DNA of 64,000 bases from Antedon mediterranea (lineage: Eukaryota; Animalia; Echinodermata): contig NC_092676.1 of NCBI RefSeq assembly GCF_964355755.1, forward strand, positions 6,797,888-6,861,887. Reading direction: 5' to 3'. The translations under genes were made by a program, and so were the position numbers. This document shows positions 40,657 through 55,741 of the stretch, piece by piece (position 1 is the first letter of the stretch; each line of letters begins with the position of its first letter). The notes under the pieces were generated by a model. The model made no database searches and had not been told where the DNA came from. It was given only the letters and a program-made list of their open reading frames with translations.

Positions 40657-43600
40657 TCAGAGTAAAGTACCATCAATTTCACTGATATCATTATTACCAA
40701 TGTCAAGAACTTGTAATCCACTTACACACATTCTACTTATAACGTTGCATGGTAGTTTACAATTATTCATGTTAAGTACACACAGCTTTGGTGACTTATT
40801 TAATAAAGTACAAATTAAAGTACCGTCGATGCCACTAACATTATTATTGTTAACATGAAGCTCTTGTAATGTTAACTCATCTGTTGTATATACTTTGATC
40901 ATTTCATTCATAACGTTACCTGATATTTTACAATTATTTATGGCAAGTATACGCAGATCTCGAAACTTAGTCAAGAAAGTACCCAGTAATGAGCCATCAA
41001 CGCCACTTATATCATTATTCCCTATGGACAACACTTCTAATTCCGACTGATCTCTTGCATACGCATCCATCATTCCATTCATTACGTCACCTGATAGTTT
41101 GCAATCATGCATACGAAGATCACGCAACCTAGGAGACTTACCTAAGAAAGTACCCAGTAATGAGCCATCAACGCCACTCATATCATTATTCGCAATGTTC
41201 AACACGTGTAATTCCAACTGATGTCTTGAATACGCATCCATCATGTTATTAATAACGTTACCTGATAGTTTGCAGCCATGAATGTGAAGTGTATGCACCT
41301 TAGGAGATTTATTTAAGAAAGTACCCAGTAAGATGCCATCAACGCCACTTATATCATTATTCGCAATGGACAACACTTCTAATTCCGACTGATCTCTTAC
41401 ATAGGCATCCATCATTGAATTCATTACGTCACCCGATAGTTTGCAATCATCCATGCGAAGATCACGCAACCTAGGAGACTTACCTAAGAAAGTACCCAGT
41501 ACTGAGCCATCAACGCCTCTTATATCATTATTCGCAATGGACAACACTTGTAATTCTAACTGATCTCTTGAATACGCATCCATCATGTTATTAATTACGT
41601 TACCTGATAGTTTGCAACCATGAATGTCAAGTGTATGCAGGTTAGGAGATTTATTGAAGAAAGTACCCAGTAATGTACCATCAATGTCACCGACATTATT
41701 ATTGGAAATAGAAATCAGCTGCAATTGTAACTCATCTCCTGCAAACTCTTTGATCACGTCATTCATTACATTCCCTGGTAGTTTGCATTCATTTATGTAC
41801 AGTTTAAGCAGGTTGGGAGACTTACTTAAGAAAGTACCCAGTAATGAACCATCAACGCCACTTATGTCATTATTCGCAATGGACAATACCTGTAATTCCA
41901 ACTGATCTCTTGAACACGAATCCATCATTTTATTCAATACGTCACCTGATAATATGCAATCATGCATGCGAAGATCACGCAACCTAGGAGACTTACCTAA
42001 GAAAGTACCCAGTAATGAGCCATCAACGCCACTTATATCATTATTCCCAATGAACAACACTTCTAATTCCGACTTATATCTTGCATACGCATCCATCATT
42101 GCATTCATTACGTCACCCGATAGTTTGCAATAATACATGCGAAGATCACGCAACCTAGCAGACTTACCTAAGAAAGTACCCAGTAATGAGCCATCGACGC
42201 CACTTATATCATTATTCGCAATGGACAACACTTGTAATTCTAACTGATCTCTTGCATACGCATCCATCATTTTATTCAATACGTCACCTGATATTTTACA
42301 ATCATGCATGCGAAGATCACGCAACCTAGGAGACTTACCTAAGAAAGTACCCAGTAATAAGCCATCAACGCCACTTATATCATTATTCGCAATGGACAGC
42401 ACTTCTAATTCCGACTGATCTCTTACATACGCATCCATCATTGAATTCATTACGTCACCCGGTAGTTTGCAATCATCCATGCGAAGATCACGCAACCTAG
42501 GAGACTTACGTAAGAAACCACCTAGTACTGAGCCATCAACGCCACTTATAGCGTTATTTGCAATGGACAACACTTCTAATTCCGACTGATTTCTTACATA
42601 CGCATACATCATTGCATTCATTACGTCACCCGATAGGTTGCAATAATCTATGCGAAGATCACGCAACCTAGGAGACATAGCTAAGAAAGTACCCAGTAAT
42701 GTACCATCAACGTCAATTATATCATTATTCGCAATGGACAACACTTCTAATTCAGACTGATCTCTTACATACGCATCCATCAATAAATTCATTACGTCAC
42801 CCGATAGTTTGCAATAATACATGCGAAGATCACGCAACCTAGAAGACTTACCTAAGAAAGTACCCAGTAATGAGCCATTGACGCCACTTATATCATTATT
42901 CGCAATGGACAACACTTTTAATTCTAACTGATCTCTTGCATACGCATCCATCATTTTATTCAATACGTCACCTGATAGTTTACAATCATGCACGCGAAGA
43001 TCACGCAACCTATGAGACTTACCTAAGAAAGTACCCAGTAATAAGCCATCAACGCCACTTATATCATTATTCGCAATGGACAACACTTCTAATTCCGACT
43101 GATCTCTTACATACGCATCCATCATTAAATTCATTACGTCACCCGATAGTTTGCAATCATCAATGCGAAAATCACGCAACCTTGGAGCCTTACCTAAGAA
43201 AGTACCCAGTAATAAGCCATCGACGCCACTTATATCATTATTCGCAATGGACAACACTTCTAATTCCGACTGATCTCTTACATACGTATCCATCATTAAA
43301 TTCATTACGTCACCCGATAGTTTGCAATCATCCATGCGAAGATCACGCAACCTTGGAGCCTTGCCTAAGAAAGTTCCCAGTAATAAGCCATCGACGCCAC
43401 TTATATCATTATTCGCAATGGACAACACTTGTAATTCCGACTGATGTCTTGCATACGCATCCATCATTTTATTAATTACGTCACCTGATAGTTTGCAACC
43501 ATGAATGTCAAGTGTATGTAGGTTAGGAGATTTATTGAAGAAAGTACCCAGTAATGTACCATCAATGTCACCGACATTATTATTGAAAATAGAAATCAGC

Positions 43601-46600
43601 TGCAATTGTAACTCATCTCCTGCAAACTCTTTGATCACGTCATTCATTACATTCCCTGGTAGTTTGCATTCATTTATGTACAGTTTAAGCAGGTTGGGAG
43701 ACTTACTTAAGAAAGTACCCAGTAATGAACCATCAACGCCACTTATGTCATTATTCGCAATGGACAATACCTGTAATTCCAACTGATCTCTTGAACACGA
43801 ATCCATCATTTTATTCAATACGTCACCTGATAATATGCAATCATGCATGCGAAGATCACGCAACCTAGGAGACTTACCTAAGAAAGTACCCAGTAATGAG
43901 CCATCAACGCCACTTATATCATTATTCCCAATGAACAACACTTCTAATTCCGACTTATATCTTGCATACGCATCCATCATTGCATTCATTACGTCACCCG
44001 ATAGTTTGCAATAATACATGCGAAGATCACGCAACCTAGCAGACTTACCTAAGAAAGTACCCAGTAATGAGCCATCGACGCCACTTATATCATTATTCGC
44101 AATGGACAACACTTGTAATTCTAACTGATCTCTTGCATACGCATCCATCATTTTATTCAATACGTCACCTGATATTTTACAATCATGCATGCGAAGATCA
44201 CGCAACCTAGGAGACTTACCTAAGAAAGTACCCAGTAATAAGCCATCAACGCCACTTATATCATTATTCGCAATGGACAGCACTTCTAATTCCGACTGAT
44301 CTCTTACATACGCATCCATCATTGAATTCATTACGTCACCCGGTAGTTTGCAATCATCCATGCGAAGATCACGCAACCTAGGAGACTTACGTAAGAAACC
44401 ACCTAGTACTGAGCCATCAACGCCACTTATAGCGTTATTTGCAATGGACAACACTTCTAATTCCGACTGATTTCTTACATACGCATACATCATTGCATTC
44501 ATTACGTCACCCGATAGGTTGCAATAATCTATGCGAAGATCACGCAACCTAGGAGACTTAGCTAAGAAAGTACCCAGTAATGTACCATCAACGTCAATTA
44601 TATCATTATTCGCAATGGACAACACTTCTAATTCAGACTGATCTCTTACATACGCATCCATCAATAAATTCATTACGTCACCCGATAGTTTGCAATAATA
44701 CATGCGAAGATCACGCAACCTAGAAGACTTACCTAAGAAAGTACCCAGTAATGAGCCATTGACGCCACTTATATCATTATTCGCAATGGACAACACTTTT
44801 AATTCTAACTGATCTCTTGCATACGCATCCATCATTTTATTCAATACGTCACCTGATAGTTTACAATCATGCACGCGAAGATCACGCAACCTATGAGACT
44901 TACCTAAGAAAGTACCCAGTAATAAGCCATCAACGCCACTTATATCATTATTCGCAATGGACAACACTTCTAATTCCGACTGATCTCTTACATACGCATC
45001 CATCATTAAATTCATTACGTCACCCGATAGTTTGCAATCATCCATGCGAAGATCACGCAACCTAGGAGACTTAGCTAAGAAAGTACCCAGTAATAAGCCA
45101 TCAACGCCACTTATATCATTATTCGCAATGGACAACACTTCTAATTCCGACTGATCTCTTACATACGCATCCATCATTAAATTCATTACGTCACCCGATA
45201 GTTTGCAATCATCAATGCGAAAATCACGCAACCTTGGAGCCTTACCTAAGAAAGTACCCAGTAATAAGCCATCGACGCCACTTATATCATTATTCGCAAT
45301 GGACAACACTTCTAATTCCGACTGATCTCTTACATACGTATCCATCATTAAATTCATTGCGTCACCCGATAGTTTGCAATCATCCATGCGAAGATCACGC
45401 AACCTTGGAGCCTTGCCTAAGAAAGTTCCCAGTAATAAGCCATCGACGCCACTTATATCATTATTCGCAATGGACAACACTTGTAATTCCGACTGATGTC
45501 TTGCATACGCATCCATCATTTTATTAATTACGTCACCTGATAGTTTGCAACCATGAATGTCAAGTGTATGTAGGTTAGGAGATTTATTGAAGAAAGTACC
45601 CAGTAATGTACCATCAATGTCACCGACATTATTATTGAAAATAGAAATCAGCTGCAATTGTAACTCATCTCCTGCAAACTCTTTGATCACGTCATTCATT
45701 ACATTCCCTGGTAGTTTGCATTCATTTATGTACAGTTTAAGCAGGTTGGGAGACTTACTTAAGAAAGTACCCAGTAATGAACCATCAACGCCACTTATGT
45801 CATTATTCGCAATGGACAATACCTGTAATTCCAACTGATCTCTTGAACACGAATCCATCATTTTATTCAATACGTCACCTGATAATATGCAATCATGCAT
45901 GCGAAGATCACGCAACCTAGGAGACTTACCTAAGAAAGTACCCAGTAATGAGCCATCAACGCCACTTATATCATTATTCCCAATGAACAACACTTCTAAT
46001 TCCGACTTATATCTTGCATACGCATCCATCATTGCATTCATTACGTCACCCGATAGTTTGCAATAATACATGCGAAGATCACGCAACCTAGCAGACTTAC
46101 CTAAGAAAGTACCCAGTAATGAGCCATCGACGCCACTTATATCATTATTCGCAATGGACAACACTTGTAATTCTAACTGATCTCTTGCATACGCATCCAT
46201 CATTTTATTCAATACGTCACCTGATATTTTACAATCATGCATGCGAAGATCACGCAACCTAGGAGACTTACCTAAGAAAGTACCCAGTAATAAGCCATCA
46301 ACGCCACTTATATCATTATTCGCAATGGACAGCACTTCTAATTCCGACTGATCTCTTACATACGCATCCATCATTGAATTCATTACGTCACCCGGTAGTT
46401 TGCAATCATCCATGCGAAGATCACGCAACCTAGGAGACTTACGTAAGAAACCACCTAGTACTGAGCCATCAACGCCACTTATAGCGTTATTTGCAATGGA
46501 CAACACTTCTAATTCCGACTGATTTCTTACATACGCATACATCATTGCATTCATTACGTCACCCGATAGGTTGCAATAATCTATGCGAAGATCACGCAAC

Positions 46601-49600
46601 CTAGGAGACATAGCTAAGAAAGTACCCAGTAATGTACCATCAACGTCAATTATATCATTATTCGCAATGTACAACACTTGTAATTCTAACTGATCTCTTA
46701 CATACACATCCATCATTGCATTCATTACGTCACCCGATAGTTTGCAATCATGTATGCGAAGATCACGCAACCTTGGAGCCTTACTTAAAAAAGTACCCAG
46801 TAATGAGCCATCAACGCCACTTATATCATTATTCGCAATGGACAACACTTCTAATTCCGATTGATCTCTTACATACGTATTCATCATTGCATTCATTACG
46901 TCACCCGATAGTTTGCAATAATACATGTGAAGATCACGCAACCTAGGAGACTTACCTAAGAAAGTTCCCAGTATTGAGCCATCAACGCCACTTATATCAT
47001 TATTCGCAATGGACAACACTTCTAATTCCGACTGTTCTCTTACATACGCATCCATCATTTTATTCATTACGTCACCCAATAGTTTGCAATAATACATGCG
47101 AAGATCACGCAACCTAGGAGACCTACCTATGAAAGTACCCAGTAATGAGCCATCAACGCCACTTATATCATTATTCATAATGGACAACACTTCAAATTCC
47201 GACTGATTTCTTACATACGCATCCATCATTGCATTCATTACGTCACCCGATAGGTTGCAATAATCCATGCGAAGATCACGCAACCTAGGAGACATAGCTA
47301 AGAAAGTACCAAGTAATGTACCATCAACGTCAATTATATCATTATTCGCAATGTACAACTCTTGTAATTCTAACTGATCTCTTACATACGCATCCATCAT
47401 TGCATTTATTACGTCACCCGATAGTTTGCAATCATGTATGCGAAGATCACGCAACCTTGGAGCCTTACCTAAGAAAGTACCCAGTAATGAGCCATCAACG
47501 CCACTTATATCATTATTCGCAATGGACAACACTTCTAATTCCGACTGATCTCTTACATACGCATTCATCATTGCATTCATTACGTCACCCGACAGTTTGC
47601 AAAAATACATGTGAAGATCACGCAACCTAGGAGACTTACTTAAGAAAGTACCCACTAATGAGCCATCAACGCCACTTATATCATTATTCGCAATGGACAA
47701 CACTTCTAATTCCGACTGATCTCTTACATACGCATTCATCATTTTATTTATTACGTCACCCGATAGTTTGCAATCAAACATGCGAAGATCACGCAACCTT
47801 GGAGACTTACCTAAGAAAGTACCCAGTAATGAGCCATCAACGCCACTTATATCATAATTCGCAATATACAACACTTCTAATTCCGACTGATCTCTTACAT
47901 ACGCATCCATCATTGCATTCATTACGTCACCTGATAGTTTGCAATCATGCATGCGGAGATCACGCAACCTAGGAGACTTACTTAAGAAAGAACCCAGTAA
48001 TGAGCCATCAACGCCACTTATAGCATTATTCCCAATGGACAACACTTCTAATTCCGACTTATCTCTTACATACGCATTCATCATTGCATTCATTACGTCG
48101 CCCGTTAGTTTGCAATAATACATGTGAAGAACACGCAACCTATGAGACTTACCTAAGAAAGTTCCTAGTATTGAACCATCAACGCCACTTATATCATTAT
48201 TCGCAATGGACAACACTTCTAATTCCGACTGATCTCTTACATACGCATCCATCATTGCATTCATTACGTCACCCGATAGTTTGCAATCATACATGCGAAG
48301 ATCACGCAACCTAGGAGACTTACCTATGAAAGTACCCAGTAATGAGCCATCAACGCCACTTATATCATTATTCGCAATGGACAACACTTCTAATTCCGAC
48401 TGATCTCTTACATACGCATCCATCATTAAATTCATTACGTCACACGATAGTTTGCAATCATCAATGCGAAAATCACGCAACCTTGGAGCCTTACCTAAGA
48501 AAGTACCCAGTAATAAGCCATCGACGCCACTTATATCATTATTCGCAATGGACAACACTTCTAATTCCGACTGATCTCTTACATACGTATCCATCATTAA
48601 ATTCATTACGTCACCCGATAGTTTGCAATCATCCATGCGAAGATCACGCAACCTTGGAGCCTTGCCTAAGAAAGTTCCCAGTAATAAGCCATCAACGCCA
48701 CTTATATCATTATTCACAATGGACAACACTTCTAATTCCGACTGATCTCTTACAAACGCATCCATCATTGCATTCATTACGTCACCCGATAGGTTACAAT
48801 AATCCATGTGAAGATCACGCAACCTAGGAGACTTGTTTAAGAAAGTACCCAATAATGTACCATCAACGTCTCTGATATCATTATTCCCTATATAAATCTC
48901 TTGTAGGCCTAATTCAAACTCATCTCTTTCACACACCCTAATCATTTCATTCATTACGTCGCTTGATAATTTGCAATCATGCATGACAAGTTTACATAGT
49001 TGAGGAGACTTACGCACAAAACAACCCAATAAAGTGCCATTGATGTTACTGATATCATTTTTCATAATATCAAAGTTTTGAAATTGGGACTCTCTTTTTG
49101 CATACACTCTGCTCATTTCATTTATTATAGTATGATCATTTATTTCGTTAATTTTTAACTCGGGAGGTTTAATCAAGAAAGTACCCATTGTGGTACCGTC
49201 AATTCTTCTGATGCAATTTCCTGGTAATTGGTTCTCACCTGATAGATTATCATCAAGGAGATCATATATACGCAGCTTAGGAGAGTTACTCCAGAAATTA
49301 CCAAATAAAGTATTATTAATGTCACTGATATCTTGATTCCCAATATTTAGCTCCCGTAATTGTAGCTCATTTCTCTCATTCAATTTTATCATTAATTTAT
49401 TCAGTACTTCTCCTGGTAGATTGCAATAATGCATGTCAAGTACACTCAGCTTCGGAGATTTACTTAAGAATGTACCCAGTAAAGTACCATCAATTCCACT
49501 GATATTGTTATTACCAATATCAAGAACTTGTAATTCTGACTCTCTTATATACACTCTCATCATTTTATTCATTACGTCACCCGATAGTTTACAATCATGC

Positions 49601-51770
49601 ATGTCAAGTTTTATTAGCGTATGCGCATTATTCAAGAAATGTCCCAGAAATGCACCATCAATTCCACTGATGTCATTTTTCTCAATACAAATCTCTTGTA
49701 ACTCGCCTCCTGTATAGACGTTTATCATTTTATTCATTATGTCACCTGATAGTTTGCAATCATGCATGTCAACTGTTAGCAGCTGAGGAATTTTTCTTAA
49801 AATATTACCTAGTGAGGTTCCATTCATGTCACTGAGATTGTTTTTAGCGATATTAAGCATAAATATCCTTATATCTTCTTGAATTCTAATGTCATTCATT
49901 ACTTTACCCGATAAATTACAATCAATCATCTCAAATGAAAGGTAAAAATGGGCCGACATCATTAATTTATACAGTACTTTGGCATCAATGTTATTAAGAT
50001 TATTTTGGCTGATTATAATACGTTTTAATTCCAGCTTATCACCCATTTTATACCACTCATCAATCATACATTTTATTACCTCACCTGACAGATTGCATTT
50101 ATGTAAATCAAGTGTAGATGTCAAAAAAAATGCAATGTGTGCAAGAATTTTGCCTTTGCTTTCAAATGATAATGCATTACAGAATGTTCTCAAATCAAGT
50201 TCATTAAGATTCATTCTACTGAGTTCCAATATACGATGTATAAAATGCTCACCAACCTTTGAATTCGAATTCGGATTAAAGTGGGCAATAACATATTTCA
50301 ATGATTTTGATACATCTGTATGTTGATTTAATCCTGAACTAACCATGTGATGTTTTAATGCATCTTTCACTACAAGATGATGTTGATCTTTAACATATTT
50401 AAAGTAATTGTGTATCAAAGGACGATATGTTGATAAATCATTTGTAAGCCAATGCTTTAAGAATTTACCTGCATCAGCACCAAGAAATCCAACTGCAAAC
50501 CTGTTTGCCGTTGTTAAATATGGACACTTTGTTACTACATTCCACTCAATCTCATATTGTTTACATTCAATCATTATTTCACTATCACACAGTTTATATA
50601 AGTAAAATCCTACTAGAGATTCTTGTATTAACTTGTGCGTAGGCATGTACATTTCACCGTCAGAATTTGATCTTAAATGTGATGCTTTTTTGTTAACAAA
50701 TCCTAGTTTAAGTGCCAACTCAACCATTTCTCTACTATCATTAGCTTCCAAGATTCTTCTTGTTATTGAGAGCTGATTTTTTTTTAAGCAATCATACATA
50801 CACTTTCCTAACAAATTCATAGCATTTACATATGTTTCTGGGATATTTTCAAATGTATAAACTCGTTCTAGGTGTTTATGCTTAGCAATGGATTGCTTCA
50901 ATATAGAGCAAAATATTTCTTTGAAAAGGTCGGCATCATTAGAAGGAAGATTTTGTTGCTCTTCCCAAATAATACAAATCGAGAGAAGTAGCAAAGGATT
51001 TCGGCACAATGCATATGCCAAATTGTTCTTGTCAACCTCTAATTTTTGCCTAAGGTCATTTGCCAATCCAGGTTTTTGAAAATACTGAAAATGCTTGTCA
51101 ATATACCTCTTAATGCTATCTTTATTAAATCCTTTAACCCTCGCATGCACATTACACTTTCTAATAAATTCATCCATGTTTTCTGATCGCGATGTCAGTA
51201 GCACAACACTCTTTCCTAATGTTTTACCCTTAAATATATCTAACAAGCTGTCCTTCTTACAACGTAATTCATCTAAACCATCTAATAACAACACTATTTT
51301 CTGGTCGTATTTTCTTACAAATTGTTTGATTGCGGGTGCATCTTGTTGAAGATCTGTTTCCATATAAAAATCGTCCATATCGATTTGTTTTTCAATCAAA
51401 TCAAATATGGTGTTGCCTTCATCTAGATCCCTTACATTTAATAAAAACACAAGTTTACCTTCAAATGCGATTGGCTTCTCTTCAGTTGTTTTGTATGCTA
51501 AGTATCTTAACAGAGTTGTTTTGCCAATGCCAGCCTCGCCATCTATAAGAACTTTACATCCACGCGTGTATGATTCAATCGTGTTTAATAATTCTGGTAA
51601 CGTCGTTGGGTGGCTGTCTCTCGTCTTGTTGTTTTCTTTGAGGAGGTCTAACTCAGTGAAGATGTTAATGTCGATAGTGTCTCTGCTATTCATTATTGAT
51701 GGTGTGAATTCTTGGTTGTCAATCTTGCACAGTTGTTTTTGTCTTGCAAGTAAGTATTTTTCTATTATTC
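40657..51770 (-). CDS. NLR receptor, giant NACHT-WHD-LRR exon (11,114 nt)
   Basis: Walker A DGEAGIGKTT, Walker B LLLDGLDEL, sensor-1 LLTSR, NPLLL, and WHD-like HKLIQESLVG, followed by ~55 57-aa LRR pairs. Phase-1 acceptor attcatag|GA ATA ATA GAA at 51770 extends the ORF upstream of the Met at 51693. Confidence 0.95.
40870..48850 (-). repeat. Homogeneous 171-bp coding tandem array with 11- and 12-unit higher-order repeats
   Basis: Unit LEVLSIANNDISGVDGSLLGTFLGKSPRLRDLRMxxCKLSGDVMNAMMDAYVRDQSE. Marker blocks recur at 41624, 43505 and 45557 (spacings 1881=11x171 and 2052=12x171). Confidence 0.97.
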
Positions 51771-52101
51771 CTATGAATATAAATATTACCGTATTAAACG
51801 TGTGCTTAAAAGGCCCGTTATTCTTAGAATATAACCTAATTTTGCATCATGTGCAAGGACATGTACTATGTTCTTTTCGTGGAATAGATTTTTTTTTTTT
51901 TTTGGAATTTCTGCTAAATTGAACCATCTGAAATTTGACCACAAGTTATGAACACCACGTAAATGTGATGTGGTACCAGTCGTACTGTCCGAGCTGGGAG
52001 GAATACATTAATTAAAATAGCACTTTTAACTGTTGATGGAAAGAAAGATAAAAACTGACTGGTAAACTGAACCCATGTCTACATAAATTATTAGTATATA
52101 C

Positions 52102-52146
52102 CTTCATTCTCATCTTGAATCAGTAACGTTGTACTAACTGAAGTAT
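52102..52146 (-). CDS. 45-nt phase-1/phase-1 linker exon of the NLR (DTSVSTTLLIQDENEG)
   Basis: ttgtttttgtacag|...GAAG|gtatat. Open in the frame joining the DED and NACHT exons. Confidence 0.6.
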
Positions 52147-52887
52147 CTGTACAAAAACAACTAAAATTATTTTAATGTGTTTTATTTATGGAGCAAGGGA
52201 CTAGAGGCGCATCAAGCACACCATTTTCCCGGTTTTTTTCAACAGTTTAGAAAACAAGAAACTCCCAAATTAAATAGACTTGACGGTTATAAAATAGATT
52301 AATACATTCATTCAACCATTTTTTCCTACTTTCTGCTTGCTTTTGATAGTATGTTTGTGTATTCATTGATATATGTTTTATCGGGTTCGTTTTTATAAAG
52401 AAACATAACCACATTTACTTCATTGCCGTATGCACTCCACTTTTCACTTTACATTGGCCGGTGGGCCAGAACTGTTTTGAATATTTTGAATAAAAATATA
52501 GTATCACTAATTAAAGGTTTGAAGTAATAGTGCAACTTTCGGAATCCTAGATATACCACGTTTCTAAAATTATTCTGCTTGGCCAACTAAAATTTTTTAT
52601 TTTGAAAAGTGTTATATTGGTTTACTGTATGGAGTACAGGTTCAGGCCTATGCAAGGTTGGGTCTGAGTTTTAAATCTACATTGGCCTTAATTGTTTAAG
52701 TTTAGTTGCTAAATGTAGTTAACCTAGGACATATTGCCCCTAATCTGATACTACTGCCTACCAGTAGTATGCCTATTAGTAGTAATCGTGGAAATTTGAA
52801 CATAAAATACCGCATATAAAAAATACAAAGCACTCAACACGTAATCAAAGATAAACAAGATACAGAACAAACAAATTAAATACACAC

Positions 52888-54148
52888 GCCGGGCTGCGAT
52901 TTTTTTTTTCGTACATAAGTTGGGGACCCCATCATGAAACGTCACAAAATAAACATGAATAATTCATCAGTTAAATTTTCTTGTTCCGTGTGCACCCAAG
53001 CGTATAGCAACAAGAAGTGATTACACAAGTGCGGTACGATTCTAGGCCTATCTCCGCTGTTGTTGCGGCGTGCGATTTCATAATAGAATAGCGGAGTTTT
53101 GTGTGGATTGTCGAAATAATCAGCCTTTAGTTTATGGTGTTTTTAATATAGTTTATTACTAAAGAATTACGTGTTAAAAGTATAGTTTCTATTGATACTA
53201 TTAGGCCTAATTACTAGTCTCTAAACCCCTGTATATTCTAGTAGTAGCTGTGTGGGTGTGTGTGACTTGTGTCTTTGGGCTATGTCCAATTACTACTTAG
53301 TTTAATGTTTTGCCTAGCTGTCGATTAGCCTCGACACATTTTGCATAGTGGACGTGTGTGTGAAGAAGAGTGCGCGAAGGCAATCACGTGAATTGACCTA
53401 GAATCCTAGGCCTATTATTGTAGAAAGAATCGTATCGCAGTTGTTGTTCCGTGTGCACCCAAGCGTTCTTGGACATAGCCCAAAGAAAGCTTAGACCCAC
53501 AAGAATAAAGAATTTGTGTACTGTATTTTTTAAATTCTGCTATCAATTATCAAACAATATGCAATGTACTCAAAGGAACTTTAAAAATGCGCGTATATGA
53601 ACACATGAGATGGGAAGATTTGACCCACGAGAATAAAAAATGTATTTTTGTGTAATGTTTATTGTTTAATTTTGCTGACTTATTACTCGGATTGTGTCAT
53701 ACCAAAGATAGTGTAACTATTACCAAAGATAGTGTACGGTATAATATAGTGTAACTATCTTTGGTCATACCTAACACACACACACACGTCACACACATCC
53801 ACACAGCAACTACTAGAATAGACATGGGTTTAGAGACTAATAATTAGGCCTAATAGTATTAATAGAAACTATAATTTTAACACGTAATTCTTTAGTAATA
53901 AATTATATTAAAAACACCATAAACTAAAGGCCGATTATTTCGACAATCCACACAAAACGCCGCTATTCTTCAACAGCGGAGATAGGCCTAGAATCGTACC
54001 GCACTTGAATTGTGTAATCACTTCTTGTTGCTATACGCTTGGGTGCACACGGAACAAGAAAATTTAACTGATGAATTATTCATGTTTATTTTGTGACGTT
54101 TCATGAGGGGGTCCCCAACTTATGTACGAAAAAAAAAATCGCCGCCGG
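52888..54148. mobile_element. Foldback non-autonomous element in the NLR intron
   Basis: ~370-bp inverted arms (gcgattttttttt cgtacataagttggggacccc...) at ~52888-53265 and ~53790-54148. Confidence 0.8.
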
Positions 54149-55741
54149 ACTGTGCAATACTTTACCAGTTCATGAAAACACAATGGTTTGTCATGTAATA
54201 AAAGATTTTGATCTTTTAGGTTTACATAATGGTAAACAAAATTCGTTACTGTGTGTTAGACAAGACGAAGTATATTTTGCAAATTCAAAATCATTCATTA
54301 TATCATAAGTATTAATATTCATTTTATTCAGGGAAAATCATCTACATTAACATATCTATCAAAAAAACAATTTTTGGAGATCAACTGATGTTACATATTA
54401 TAGTAATTATGAGATAGACATTTTATTTTACACATAAAAACACAGGAAATGAAATACAAAAGTGTCATTTTCTCAAAATGTTCTTTTCACATAATTTTAC
54501 ACAGTTTTATAATAGACTTTCCCCAGTCTGTTGATTGTATGACCTAATGTTTAGAAGTTTTGTTGGGGTCTATGTAATTATTGAAACATTTTTGTTGTTC
54601 AATCTTTCAATGAACACAAGTTTTTTGAGTTTGAGTTTCAAGAAATCTCAAAAGAGACACCTGAGTATCGAGTCTTTGTTTTCAAAAACTCTAACTATTG
54701 GACTTTATCAAGGTTGGAAAGAGTGGTAATTGGGTTCTCTTTCTTGAGGCCTTTGTATCTATGCTATCTTGGCGGACGGTGATAACAGATAGGCCTTAGG
54801 CCTATGAAACTCCTTAAATAATCAGAACCAAATATTTTAAACACTGAGTGGATGATCCATAGATCCAAATAGAATCATTGGTATAACAAGAAACAATTAC
54901 TGTAATTAAGTTGTAAATTCTGCATGAAATGGTCAGACTGATCACGAATCACACAGAATACACAATATTCTTTCGACATGACAGATGAGGACTCACATGT
55001 AATGTAACTTATTGAAAGAAAAAACAGTAGAATGTCATGACCCACTGAGAAAGCTCTAAACCGAATTTCTATAAGGCAACTTTTTTGATAAAGTATATCA
55101 AAACTGAAATCTGCTGACCAACCATTGGAGTTGGTGAATATTATAGAGTATGATCATAGCCCAATTTTATTATCTTTAGCCAAATCTGCGTTGAAATACC
55201 CAGAGATGTTCCAGAAGAAAATTTACAAAGGATTCAGTAAACATGGCTGTAAACATTTGGTGATTACGCAAGTATTTATGCAAGTTACCTAGATATTTTT
55301 TTGTGTTGTTGTATTTGAGCATTACATTGAAAAGGTGTTGATAAAAGCAGTGAAACGATTGAAACGGATAGTCCCAAAGTACTAATCTGTATTTCCATGA
55401 GTTTGGAGTCACAATTCATCAGTTTGGATGAGAACAAATGTCACCTTACAGTATAATGAATATAGAGAGCGAAATACAGAGGGTGGATTTTCAGAATGCA
55501 AGGCCAACAAGGAGAAATGATGTTCTTCTATGTCAATCACACAGAAGCTTATGCGCTTATACATGAAAGTTGATGTAATTATATGCACGTTGCAACTCCA
55601 ATAACAACCGTATTAAACTATGGACGATGTCTGGTATAGTGAAAAACAGAGTGGCTGAAACCCTATTAAGAATAATCTAATCAGCTTCCGTGCCTTTACA
55701 AGCTGCAGCACGTCATTATTTGCTGGTTATGGGAAGAAGTG

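Noticed and set aside
41624-51922. Many plus-strand ORFs overlapping the NLR exon
   Set aside because: Antisense shadows of the repetitive LRR/NACHT coding strand; they recur with the 171-bp period.
52751-54308. Two ORFs beginning MTFH(D/E)GVPNLCTKKK
   Set aside because: They read outward from the inverted arms of a foldback element.
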